A stretch of 39,224 nucleotides of DNA from Enterobacteria phage IME177, in the sequence record MZ398247.1; one strand, written 5' to 3'. The notes under the pieces are model-generated. The model ran no database searches and had not been told where the DNA came from. It saw only the letters and a program-made list of their open reading frames with translations. Below, piece after piece: positions 8,894 to 17,158 of this stretch; position 1 is the stretch's first letter, and every line of letters begins with the position of its first letter. Made by a program: the position numbers and the translations under genes.

Positions 8894-8998
8894 ATGAGCA
8901 CTGCAATCATCTGGACTATCTCAGGCTTCGTAGCGTGGGGAATGTTTACTCTAGTCTGCAAACTACCGGTCCTTACTCAACTGTTATGGGGCTTATGA
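8894..8998 (+). CDS. small hydrophobic early protein (34 aa)
   Basis: ATG preceded by RBS ggag; sequence MSTAIIWTISGFVAWGMFTLVCKLPVLTQLLWGL is membrane-like; stop overlaps next start (ATGA). Not in ORF track because <60 aa. Confidence 0.4.
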   Translation: MSTAIIWTISGFVAWGMFTLVCKLPVLTQLLWGL

Positions 8999-9198
8999 CT
9001 ATGAGTATCGCACTATTGATAGCCATAGGCTATGGACTTATCGCCTACGTGCTGGTGAGAGACATCAACAAAGCGCGTAAAGTCTACAAATTAAACTATG
9101 TACGTCTGGGTCGCTGGACTGTACGTCAACCTAACGGACGATTCCTGCGCAATTTAGCGAACGTCTGGGATATAGCAACTCTTGGGAGCAAACTGTAA
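8995..9198 (+). CDS. small early membrane protein (67 aa)
   Basis: In-frame ATG of track ORF 8878-9198; TM segment SIALLIAIGYGLIAYVLV followed by basic tail; translationally coupled to flanking ORFs. Confidence 0.45.
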   Translation: MTMSIALLIAIGYGLIAYVLVRDINKARKVYKLNYVRLGRWTVRQPNGRFLRNLANVWDIATLGSKL

Positions 9199-9524
9199 TG
9201 AACAAGTCATACGGGATTAATCTGGTACACTCTATGGACGCAGAAATGAACATGTTAAGCCTACTGGCTACCGGGTATCGTCACGGAACGTCAAGTCACA
9301 CCGCACGTCAACAGCAGGAGCGGGACCGTGTACTACAGGCGCGACTCCGGGCAGAGGGCCATAAGTCCGAACTGATGTGTCTGGCGTATGGTGGACGACC
9401 AATCACCGACGATGGTAAACTTCTGGTATCAGGCTGGAAGGCGATAGACCAACGGTCAACCATCAAGCACACGACTCACGGTGACTTCAGCCATCTCCAC
9501 GCTAACCCACTGATATGCAAGTGA
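9198..9524 (+). CDS. hypothetical early protein (108 aa) at the position of T7 gene 0.7; no kinase motifs
   Basis: ORF starts with TAATG overlap of upstream stop; last gene before the RNA polymerase gene; no similarity recognised. Confidence 0.5.
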   Translation: MNKSYGINLVHSMDAEMNMLSLLATGYRHGTSSHTARQQQERDRVLQARLRAEGHKSELMCLAYGGRPITDDGKLLVSGWKAIDQRSTIKHTTHGDFSHLHANPLICK

Positions 9525-9529
9525 TTATG

Positions 9530-9552
9530 ACTTAACTATCACTATAGGACTC
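9530..9552 (+). promoter_or_regulatory. phage RNA polymerase promoter directly upstream of the RNA polymerase gene, predicted +1 at 9547
   Basis: cttaactatcactataggactca; 75 nt upstream of the gene 1 start codon. Confidence 0.75.
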
Positions 9553-9621
9553 AAGGTCTAAGACTCCAAGTGAAAGACCAAAGAGACTTTAAGTGAAAGA
9601 CTAATAACAAGGACTTTAAGT

Positions 9622-12303
9622 ATGAGCGTCATCTCTATTGATAAACACGACTTCTCTGATGTGTCGAACGCCATTGAGCCGTTTAACCTGCTGGCCGACC
9701 ACTACGGGCAAGACCTTGCAGTCAAACAGCTTCAGCTTGAGCATGAGGCATATACAGAAGGCGAGCGACGTTTCATCAAGAACCTTGAGCGCCAGACCGA
9801 GCGCGGGGAACTGGCAGACAATCAGGTCGCCAAGCCTTTGATGCAGACTCTGGTCCCTAAGATTGCGCAAGCCGTCAGGGAGTGGCACGAAGGCCTAGAC
9901 GGGAAGCTGTCAACCTCGCGTCCTAGCGTAGCGTTCACCATGTTGAGCACTGAAGAGAAGGCCGTAAAGGACCGCTCTATGCGCATCTCCTGTGAGTCCG
10001 CTGCGGTTATCATACTGAAGGTCATACTCTCCAAGCTGGTCAAGCCTGAAGGGATACCGATTACACCGATGGCCTCCGCGATAGGTCGCACACTTGAGGA
10101 CGAAATCCGCTTCGGTCGCATCCGTGACAAAGAGAAGGAGCACTTCAAGAAGGCGATAGCTGAGAACCTGAACAAGCGAGCTGGGGCATCCTACAAGAAA
10201 GCCTACATGCAAGCGGTCGAGGCGTCCATGCTGGAGCAAGGCCAACTGGAAGATGCATGGGGGACTTGGAGTCCTACAGAGGCTGTCCACGTTGGCATCA
10301 AGATGCTCGAGATTGTCATCCAGTCAACACAACTGGTCGAGCTTAAGCGGTACGGTGCTGGTAATGCAGCGGCTGACGTAGAGATGGTCCACCTGTCAGA
10401 CTTCTGGGTCAAGAAGATGGCACAACGAGGATTCAGCCTTGCGGGTATCGCTCCAGTCTACCAGCCTTGCGTCGTTCCGCCTAAGCCGTGGACTGGTGTC
10501 GTAGGTGGTGGGTACTGGGCCAAAGGTCGCAGACCGTTACCATTGATTCGCTTAGGGTCTAAGTCTGCGGTAGCACGTTATGAAGACGTATACATGCCTG
10601 AAGTCTATGACGCTGTGAACATCATTCAGAATACACCTTGGAAAGTTAACAAGAAGGTATTGGACGTGGTGAACATGGTCGAGAAGCTGAACAACACGCC
10701 TATTGATGACATCCCTCAGATGGAACCGCTGAAGCCTGAGGACTATGCTGGTGAAACCGAGGAGGAACTCAAGGCATGGAAGAAGGCTGCTGCTGGTATC
10801 TATCGCCGCGAGAAGGCCAGACAGTCACGCAGATTGTCCATGAGTTTCATCGTATCACAGGCCAACAAGTTCTCACAGTTTAAGGCCATCTGGTTCCCGT
10901 ACAACATGGATTGGCGAGGTCGTGTCTACGCTGTCCCGATGTTCAACCCTCAGGGTAACGACATGCAGAAGGGTCTACTGACTCTGGCGGTCGGAAAGCC
11001 TATCGGGGCGGATGGTTTCAAATGGCTTAAAGTCCACACCGCCAACTGCGCGGGTGTCGATAAGGTAACCTTTGAGGAGCGTATCAAATGGGTGGAAGAC
11101 AATCACGAGAACATTCTGGCAGCAGCCAAATCACCGATGGACAGCATCGAGTGGTGGGGGAGTATGGACAGCCCCTTCTGCTTCCTAGCGGCTTGCTTCG
11201 AGTATTCTGGGGTGATGAACCATGGCTTGACCTACAATTGCTCACTTCCGATTGCCTTCGACGGCTCGTGTTCGGGGATTCAGCACTTCAGCGCGATGCT
11301 GAGGGACCACGTAGGCGGACATGCAGTGAACTTAACGCCGTCTGGTCAGGTGCAGGACATCTACCGTATAGTCTCAGACCGTGTGTCAGACCAGTTGAAA
11401 GAGCTATTACTGAGCGGTACGGACGACGAGCTGGTGACCGTAGAGGACAAGAAGACTGGGGAAATCAGCGAACGCCTGAAGCTTGGGACCAAGAGTCTTG
11501 CGCGTCAGTGGCTGCAATTCGGTATGTCTCGCTCGGTCACTAAGCGCTCGGTCATGACTCTGGCCTACGGGTCGAAAGAGTATGGGTTCGCCGACCAAGT
11601 GTTCGAAGACACCGTGATGCCAGCGATTGACTCCGGTAAGGGAGCAATGTTCACCGAGCCAAGCCAAGCGTCTCGCTTCATGGCTAAGATGATTTGGGAA
11701 GCTGTGAGTGTGACAGTAGTTGCTGCGGTTGACGCGATGAAGTGGCTTCAAGGTGCCGCCAAGCTGCTGGCTGCTGAAGTGAAGGACAAGAAGACTGGTG
11801 AAATCCTGAAGCCATGCCTTCCGGTACACTGGGTCACACCTGATGGGTTCCCGGTCTGGCAGGAATACCGCAAGAAGGATACCACTCGTCTGAACCTGAT
11901 GTTCTTAGGGTCCTTCAACCTTCAACCTACGGTCAACAAAGGTACGAAGAAAGAGCTGGACAAGCACAAGCAGGAGTCAGGCATTAGCCCGAACTTCGTC
12001 CACTCACAAGATGGTAGCCACCTCCGCAAGACTGTAGTCCACACTCACCGAAAGTATGGCGTGATGTCATTCGCAGTGATTCACGATAGCTTCGGGACCA
12101 TCCCGGCTGACGCTGAGTATCTGTTCCGTGGCGTCCGTGAGACGATGGTAGAGACTTACCGCGATAACGATGTGCTGCTTGACTTCTACGAGCAGTTTGA
12201 ATACCAGCTTCATGAAAGTCAGCGCGACAAGTTGCCTGAGCTTCCGAAGAAAGGTAAACTGAATATCGAAGACATCTTGTCTTCAGACTTTGCATTCGCT
12301 TAA
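9622..12303 (+). CDS. gp1: single-subunit DNA-directed RNA polymerase (T7 gp1-like)
   Basis: 893 aa; colinear with T7 RNAP as recalled, including catalytic-Asp motifs AFDGSCSGIQHFSAMLRD and VIHDSFGTIPADA, specificity-loop region LNLMFLGSFNLQPTVNKGTK, C-terminal FAFA. Confidence 0.97.
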   Translation: MSVISIDKHDFSDVSNAIEPFNLLADHYGQDLAVKQLQLEHEAYTEGERRFIKNLERQTERGELADNQVAKPLMQTLVPKIAQAVREWHEGLDGKLSTSRPSVAFTMLSTEEKAVKDRSMRISCESAAVIILKVILSKLVKPEGIPITPMASAIGRTLEDEIRFGRIRDKEKEHFKKAIAENLNKRAGASYKKAYMQAVEASMLEQGQLEDAWGTWSPTEAVHVGIKMLEIVIQSTQLVELKRYGAGNAAADVEMVHLSDFWVKKMAQRGFSLAGIAPVYQPCVVPPKPWTGVVGGGYWAKGRRPLPLIRLGSKSAVARYEDVYMPEVYDAVNIIQNTPWKVNKKVLDVVNMVEKLNNTPIDDIPQMEPLKPEDYAGETEEELKAWKKAAAGIYRREKARQSRRLSMSFIVSQANKFSQFKAIWFPYNMDWRGRVYAVPMFNPQGNDMQKGLLTLAVGKPIGADGFKWLKVHTANCAGVDKVTFEERIKWVEDNHENILAAAKSPMDSIEWWGSMDSPFCFLAACFEYSGVMNHGLTYNCSLPIAFDGSCSGIQHFSAMLRDHVGGHAVNLTPSGQVQDIYRIVSDRVSDQLKELLLSGTDDELVTVEDKKTGEISERLKLGTKSLARQWLQFGMSRSVTKRSVMTLAYGSKEYGFADQVFEDTVMPAIDSGKGAMFTEPSQASRFMAKMIWEAVSVTVVAAVDAMKWLQGAAKLLAAEVKDKKTGEILKPCLPVHWVTPDGFPVWQEYRKKDTTRLNLMFLGSFNLQPTVNKGTKKELDKHKQESGISPNFVHSQDGSHLRKTVVHTHRKYGVMSFAVIHDSFGTIPADAEYLFRGVRETMVETYRDNDVLLDFYEQFEYQLHESQRDKLPELPKKGKLNIEDILSSDFAFA

Positions 12304-12318
12304 CAGGAGGAGAAGTAT

Positions 12319-12549
12319 ATGTCAATGAAACTTGTAGCACACAACAGGACATACAACGATGGGTCGGGACGTTGCCATGTAGAGCTGACTTATAGGGATT
12401 TAGTCATTCTCCGAGACAGATTACAAGCGGGTGTGACTGGGTGGATTCAACCTAACGAGTACAGCCTTATAGCTTCGATTGATGAAGTGCTTAACGCGTG
12501 GATGGAAGACGAGCGCACTCAGTATCCGTCACTCCCTATAATTAGATAA
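12319..12549 (+). CDS. hypothetical protein (76 aa)
   Basis: ORF with RBS caggagg; immediately after gene 1; no recognisable motif. Confidence 0.5.
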   Translation: MSMKLVAHNRTYNDGSGRCHVELTYRDLVILRDRLQAGVTGWIQPNEYSLIASIDEVLNAWMEDERTQYPSLPIIR

Positions 12550-12559
12550 GGAGAGAGTT

Positions 12560-12775
12560 ATGAAATTTGCACACAAGCATGCTGGAGTTAAGGGCGGGAC
12601 TCAAATCGTGACCGTAACAGAACACAACGGCAATGGTCTGGTGAAGACCACGGTCATTCCTACCGAAATGTCAAAGCAGCTTAACGTCCCATTCAAGACC
12701 CTCGTCTATCTTGTGGAATCCAGCCACGAGAAATACCTGAAAGACGCAGTGACCAAGCTGGAGCAGACCAAATGA
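12560..12775 (+). CDS. hypothetical protein (71 aa)
   Basis: ORF with RBS taaggag; no recognisable motif. Confidence 0.5.
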   Translation: MKFAHKHAGVKGGTQIVTVTEHNGNGLVKTTVIPTEMSKQLNVPFKTLVYLVESSHEKYLKDAVTKLEQTK

Positions 12776-12849
12776 CAGACCTACAGTTACTGGCCTTGTG
12801 GCTGGGAGCACTCGCATTATTCACTTTAATCCCACGCAGAAGAGGTTAA

Positions 12850-12872
12850 CCTAAACTATCACTATAGGATTA
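12850..12872 (+). promoter_or_regulatory. phage RNA polymerase promoter (phi1.1-like), predicted +1 at 12867
   Basis: cctaaactatcactataggatta. Confidence 0.8.
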
Positions 12873-12920
12873 GACTCAAGGTCATGACTCAAAGTCGTGG
12901 CCTTCATGATTAACCCTAAC
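12871..12920 (+). promoter_or_regulatory. conserved hairpin element, candidate RNase III processing site (copy 2 of 3)
   Basis: tagactcaaggtcatgactcaaagtcgtggccttcatgattaaccctaac; same motif as 4388-4437 and 20265-20312. Confidence 0.5.
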
Positions 12921-12942
12921 TCATTCAATCAGGAGCTACACC

Positions 12943-13122
12943 ATGTATCAGAACACTATCAACTTCGAGCGAATCCGTGAACGTCAGCAGACTGAAGGTT
13001 ACATTCCGAAGGGCCGCAAGCTGAACAAGACCAAGCGTGGCGGCGGTGTCAAGGGTGCTTTCCGTAACGCTGAAGGTAAAGACTCTCTGGTAAACCAAGC
13101 GAAATACTTCGTAGGAGCGTAA
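12943..13122 (+). CDS. gp1.1: gp1.1-like small basic protein (59 aa)
   Basis: ORF below track cutoff; KGRKLNKTKRGGG matches the KGRKLNKTKR core of T7 gp1.1 as recalled. Confidence 0.6.
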   Translation: MYQNTINFERIRERQQTEGYIPKGRKLNKTKRGGGVKGAFRNAEGKDSLVNQAKYFVGA

Positions 13123-13125
13123 GAC

Positions 13126-13374
13126 ATGAGCAGACGTTGGGTATTTGATGCGTCCACCAGCCAGTGGTCATCGTTAGGCCGGACACACCGCGAGCTGCGT
13201 GAGGCAGGACTTGAGGTCAGAATGGATGTCCTGCCGTGCTCCGGAAAGACTCTGGTCCTAATCATTGAAGCAGACGGGAAGCCTCTGGTATCCCGCGAGT
13301 TCACCGAACACGAAATCTTTAGCTGTGAGCAATGGTGCTTGCAACAACTGAATGCTTATAGGAGCTGGAAATAA
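13126..13374 (+). CDS. gp1.2-like protein (82 aa)
   Basis: Position between gp1.1 and ligase; size and C-terminal ...SWK similar to T7 gp1.2 (...DWK); weak similarity only. Confidence 0.5.
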   Translation: MSRRWVFDASTSQWSSLGRTHRELREAGLEVRMDVLPCSGKTLVLIIEADGKPLVSREFTEHEIFSCEQWCLQQLNAYRSWK

Positions 13375-14449
13375 TGACTACGACTATTAAAACTAACCCG
13401 CACCGCGCTGTAGATTACTCTGAGTCTGGCGTTAAGAAGGCTTTGGAAGCTGCCGGGTCGCTGGAAGCTGAAGTGAAGTATGACGGTGTGCGTATAAACA
13501 TCCCGGTCTTCCCTACTGGTGAGACCCAATGGTTGAGCCGTGAGTCTAAACCTCTCCCAGCCCTTGAGTGGCTGTCAGTCCTTACCAACATCGACAACAT
13601 CGTCAGGGACCAGCAAAAAGCTAGCGACTGGCGGTGGTTCCTGAAGCAGGCTGGCTACGAAGGCACTGGTCTGATGATTGACGGTGAGGTCATGGTAAAA
13701 GGAGTGGACTTCAATACGTCTTCAGGTCTAGTCCGTACCATGTGGTCAGACACTAAGAACTACGCTTGGAATGGCAACCCAGATGCTGACATCGACACCA
13801 AGAAGAAGCATAAGGTCCCTTTCCATCTGGCAACCGACTACATACGCGTGGTTGTCTACGGTATCGTGGACCTTAACGTCATCCTTGACCCGAAATCCGA
13901 GGTCCTATTCATAGCGTCACACGCCTGAAGGCCGAAGCTATCGTCCCTCTCCTCCAGAAATACTTCCCGGAAATCGACTGGGTTCTGTCTGAGTCACACA
14001 CGGTCTATGACCTTGAGTCGCTCAACTCCCTGTACGAACAGAAGCGTCTGGAAGGACACGAGGGTCTGGTAGTCAAGGACCCGCTTGGTAAATATAAGCG
14101 TGGCAAGAAGTCTGGCATGTGGAAAATGAAGCCTGAGGAGACCATCGACGGGACCGTGTGTGGCCTCGTGTGGGGGACTCCGGGTAAGGCCAACGAAGGT
14201 AAGGTGATTGGCTTTGAGGTTCTGCTTGAGGATGGCATGGTGGTTAACGCCTGTGGTCTGACTGAAGAACAGAAGGATGAGTTTACGGAAGCCTGTAACA
14301 CTGATACATATATTCTCGGTGGAATCAATCCATACGAAGGCTGGCAGTGTGAAGTCCTCTTCATGGAGCGCTTCCCTGATGGTTCCCTTCGTCACCCTAG
14401 CTTCAAGTGCTGGCGCGGGACGGAAGACAATCCAACCGTTAAGAGTTAA
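13374..14449 (+). pseudogene. gp1.3: ATP-dependent DNA ligase (gp1.3-like) with reading frame interrupted: N-terminal ORF 13374-13928 and C-terminal part in the -1 frame (open 13889-14449)
   Basis: N-part has ligase motif I EVKYDGVR and is colinear with T7 ligase; C-part (...PLLQKYFPEIDW...EGHEGLVVKDP...GSLRHPSFKCWRGTEDNP) continues the alignment in another frame. Adding one base near 13924-13926 (cc run) restores a ~370-aa ORF. Confidence 0.8.
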
Positions 14450-14458
14450 CTAAATGTC

Positions 14459-14493
14459 AACCCAGTGGTCTTCGGACTGCTGGGTTTCTTTGC
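14459..14493 (+). terminator. rho-independent terminator (TE-like, early terminator after ligase)
   Basis: aacccagtggtcttcggactgctgggtttctttgc: GC stem with UUCG loop followed by U-rich tract; T7 TE is also directly after gene 1.3. Confidence 0.65.
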
Positions 14494-14531
14494 TTGTGCT
14501 AGCAAGCTATCGTCTGGGCCACCAGCTGGAC

Positions 14532-14554
14532 CCTAAGCTATCACTATAGGACAA
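14532..14554 (+). promoter_or_regulatory. phage RNA polymerase promoter (phi1.5-like), predicted +1 at 14549
   Basis: cctaagctatcactataggacaa. Confidence 0.75.
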
Positions 14555-14578
14555 CCATCAACAACCTAAGGAGACTCT

Positions 14579-14833
14579 ATGTCTAAGAACTTAATGTTCA
14601 ACCGTTATACCGATACCTTCCACCTGTCCAACAACCCGTTCGCTTGCATTAAGCGAAACGAGAAGCTGGGCTACTTCGGGAAGGCCGTTAAGCTGTCACC
14701 TACAGTCTACGCTCTGATTACTCCGGGTAAAGCTGAAGAGGCCAGCCAGAAGCGTGAGGCCAACGTACCCGTGGTCTACACCAAGTGGCCTCGCGTTCGT
14801 CTGTTCGTTGAGGTCGTGAAGGAGATGTTCTGA
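14579..14833 (+). CDS. hypothetical protein (84 aa; gp1.6 position)
   Basis: ORF with RBS ctaaggag; position equivalent to T7 gene 1.6. Confidence 0.55.
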   Translation: MSKNLMFNRYTDTFHLSNNPFACIKRNEKLGYFGKAVKLSPTVYALITPGKAEEASQKREANVPVVYTKWPRVRLFVEVVKEMF

Positions 14834-14901
14834 CGGGATGTATAGCTTGCTTAGAGAAAGATGACCGTTACCCACATACATGCAATAAAGGAGCTAACAA
14901 T

Positions 14902-15371
14902 ATGAACGCACTTGAACAAGAGATTATCATTAAGTTGGTAGATAATAACGAAGGTCGCCCAGATGATTTGAATGGCTGCGGTATTTTCTGCCATAATGTC
15001 CCTTGCTACCTCTGTCCTGTAAATATCAATAAAAAGATAACCTTAGGTGAAATCCGAGCGATGGACATACGTAAGCCTAAACTGGAGAAACCAGAGGTAA
15101 CTACTACAGACGACCAGCCTTACGCTAAGGCTATCGACGACGTACGCAAGCCGTCCCACTATCAGTCTTTGACGGTGTGGAGTCCATTGAGATTATCGCT
15201 CGGTCCCTGACTGTCAGCGAGTTCCGTGGTTTCTGCATGGGTAACGTCCTGAAGTATCGACTCCGAGCTGGTAAGAAGTCCGAGCTGGCTACTATGGAGA
15301 AGGACCTGAACAAAGCAGCCTTCTATCAGGAGCTGTTCGACCTACATAGCGGTAAGTGCTATGACGCGTGA
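14902..15371 (+). pseudogene. gp1.7: gp1.7-like protein (putative nucleotide kinase) split into two overlapping ORFs (14902-15210 and 15177-15371) by a 1-nt frame disruption at a T run (15168-15170)
   Basis: N-part has Cys-rich CGIFCHNVPCYLCP; C-part ...IEIIARSLTVSEFRGFCMGNVLKYRLRAGKKSEL. Inserting one T in tcttTgac joins them into one ~155-aa ORF. Assignment to gp1.7 is by position and recalled similarity. Confidence 0.6.
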
Positions 15372-15588
15372 AGAACTTAAAGCTGTAGGGGTGAAGCGTA
15401 GAGCGCTCAGTTTTTACCGAGCATACAAGGCGCTACGTAAGGGTATGTTAGCGTTCTCATTAGGACACAGTGAGTATTATGACTCTGACCTCCTACCGTT
15501 TGCTTATATGAAGACTCCTAGTATGATTATTAGGGTAGAGGAGTATGACCATTCTGACGACTGTGTAATGGTGAACCGATATGCTTAA
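15361..15588 (+). CDS. hypothetical protein (75 aa)
   Basis: ATG overlapping the end of the preceding ORF; no motif recognised. Confidence 0.45.
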   Translation: MTREELKAVGVKRRALSFYRAYKALRKGMLAFSLGHSEYYDSDLLPFAYMKTPSMIIRVEEYDHSDDCVMVNRYA

Positions 15589-15675
15589 ACCGAGTGAGTG
15601 GTGCCGGGAGATGTACGAGAAGACTCTCAACCCGGACTACATTACGTTATACAACCAATGGAAGGAGCGTGGTCT

Positions 15676-15795
15676 ATGAACCAAGACCAGATTAACTTTG
15701 TGTGTCAGCTTATTAAGGAGTTCGTGGACTTCACTGATTTATCCGAAGAGGAACTTGTTAAGCTGGAAGAGATTCTCGACAAGGAGATTTTATGA
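15676..15795 (+). CDS. small acidic protein (39 aa); start uncertain (track ORF begins 15598)
   Basis: ATG with RBS ggag 9 nt upstream; stop overlaps gp2 start (ATGA). Confidence 0.35.
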   Translation: MNQDQINFVCQLIKEFVDFTDLSEEELVKLEEILDKEIL

Positions 15796-15950
15796 CTGAG
15801 GTTGAGAAGAAGTACATCGTGGAGCTTGAGGGACGCGTTCAGTCCTTCGAGGTTCCGTTGTACGCAAAGTCTCTTGAAGAGGCTACCCTGAAGTCCCAAG
15901 AGTATGAGGACGCTGGTTTTGTGGTCGGTCGGATTCGTCCTGAGACCTAA
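15792..15950 (+). CDS. gp2: host RNA polymerase inhibitor (gp2-like)
   Basis: 52-aa ORF below track cutoff; [14 protein letters not shown]...[10 protein letters not shown] resembles T7 Gp2 (SFEVPIYAETLDEA...GFEVTRVRP as recalled); position before SSB. Confidence 0.65.
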   Translation: MTEVEKKYIVELEGRVQSFEVPLYAKSLEEATLKSQEYEDAGFVVGRIRPET

Positions 15951-15968
15951 ACTATCACTGTAGGACAG
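15946..15968 (+). promoter_or_regulatory. variant phage promoter (phi2.5-like), TCACTGTAGG core, predicted +1 at 15963
   Basis: cctaaactatcactgtaggacag; A to G change at -3 relative to the window consensus. Confidence 0.6.
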
Positions 15969-16007
15969 ACGTCCAGTTCGTAACTTTAAAATAGGAGATT
16001 TACACCG

Positions 16008-16706
16008 ATGGCTAAAGAGCAACTGAAGACTTTCACCACTCCGGTAGCTGGTATCGTTGAGCCTTACGCATGGCTGAACAAAGCAGACACCAAGTTTAAC
16101 GAGCGTGGTGAGCATAAGGTTAACCTGACATTCGACCTGAGCAACCCGAAGGTCCGTAAGATGATTGACGTCTTACAGAAGATTCACGACGATGCGTATG
16201 CGAAAGCACTTGCAGACCACGAGAAGAACCCACCTCAGGTTCAGCGTGGCAAGAAGCCTATTGAACCACGAGAAGGCGACATGCCGTGGATTGAGAATGG
16301 TGACGGTACTGTTACCATGAAGTTTAAATGCTTCGCGTCTTACCTGAAGGATGGTAAGTCAGAGCCTATCATATTACGGTTCTACGACACCGATGCTAAG
16401 TTAATCCGTGACGTCCCGAATATTGGCGCTGGCTCAAAGCTGAAGGTCAAGTTTAAAGTCCTGCCGTTCAAGTGGAACGCTGCGACTGGTGCAAGCGTTA
16501 AGCTCCAGCTTGAGTCCTGCCTTCTGGTAGAACTGAAGGAGTGGAAAGGTGATGGTGCTGGTGGCGATGGTGGCTGGGGTGATGATGAAGACCTCGGTAC
16601 TGGCTACAAAGCGTCAACCGATGGTGACTTCGGGTCTGATGACTTCGGTGACGATGGTTCCGAAGGTGGGGATGACTCCAACTCTGGTGGCGATTACGAC
16701 TTCTAA
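16008..16706 (+). CDS. gp2.5: single-stranded DNA-binding protein (gp2.5-like)
   Basis: 232 aa; GASVKLQLES and acidic C-terminal tail ending DYDF match T7 gp2.5 (ends DGDF as recalled). Confidence 0.93.
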   Translation: MAKEQLKTFTTPVAGIVEPYAWLNKADTKFNERGEHKVNLTFDLSNPKVRKMIDVLQKIHDDAYAKALADHEKNPPQVQRGKKPIEPREGDMPWIENGDGTVTMKFKCFASYLKDGKSEPIILRFYDTDAKLIRDVPNIGAGSKLKVKFKVLPFKWNAATGASVKLQLESCLLVELKEWKGDGAGGDGGWGDDEDLGTGYKASTDGDFGSDDFGDDGSEGGDDSNSGGDYDF

Positions 16707-17158
16707 TGGCCCAATGGTCTGCAAAACGGGGGCACTCTGTGGGTGCCTACCGCTCTGGACTTGAAGCCAAGAACCAGCAGTGGCTGGAACAGAACGGCGT
16801 CAAAGCGGAGTACGAAAGCCATTATATCAACTATGTGATTCCGGCTTCCGACCACAAGTACACACCAGACTTTATCCTTCCTAACGGTATCATCGTGGAG
16901 ACCAAAGGTATCTTCGATAGTGATGACCGTAAGAAGCACCTTCTGGTACGAGAACAGCACCCAGAGTTAGACATCCGGTTCGTGTTCTCAAGTTCCCGCT
17001 CCAAGTTATACAAAGGGTCTCCGACCACGTATGGCGCATGGTGCGAAAAGAACGGCTATAAGTATGCCGATAAGTTCATCCCGGTTGAGTGGCTGCGAGA
17101 GGCGACTGTACGTCTGCCTTCAGGTATCCTCATCCCCAAGAAGAAAGGAGTTAAGTGA
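16706..17158 (+). CDS. gp3: endonuclease I, Holliday junction resolvase (gp3-like)
   Basis: 150 aa; ...YTPDFILPNGIIVETKG...DDRKKHLLVREQHPELDIRFVFSSSRSKLYKGSPTTYG colinear with T7 gp3 as recalled. Confidence 0.93.
   Translation: MAQWSAKRGHSVGAYRSGLEAKNQQWLEQNGVKAEYESHYINYVIPASDHKYTPDFILPNGIIVETKGIFDSDDRKKHLLVREQHPELDIRFVFSSSRSKLYKGSPTTYGAWCEKNGYKYADKFIPVEWLREATVRLPSGILIPKKKGVK

Noticed and set aside
9198-9524. Possible gp0.7 protein kinase at the position before gene 1
   Set aside because: The ORF is only 108 aa and shows no kinase glycine loop or catalytic motifs; called hypothetical instead. A T7-type kinase appears to be absent.
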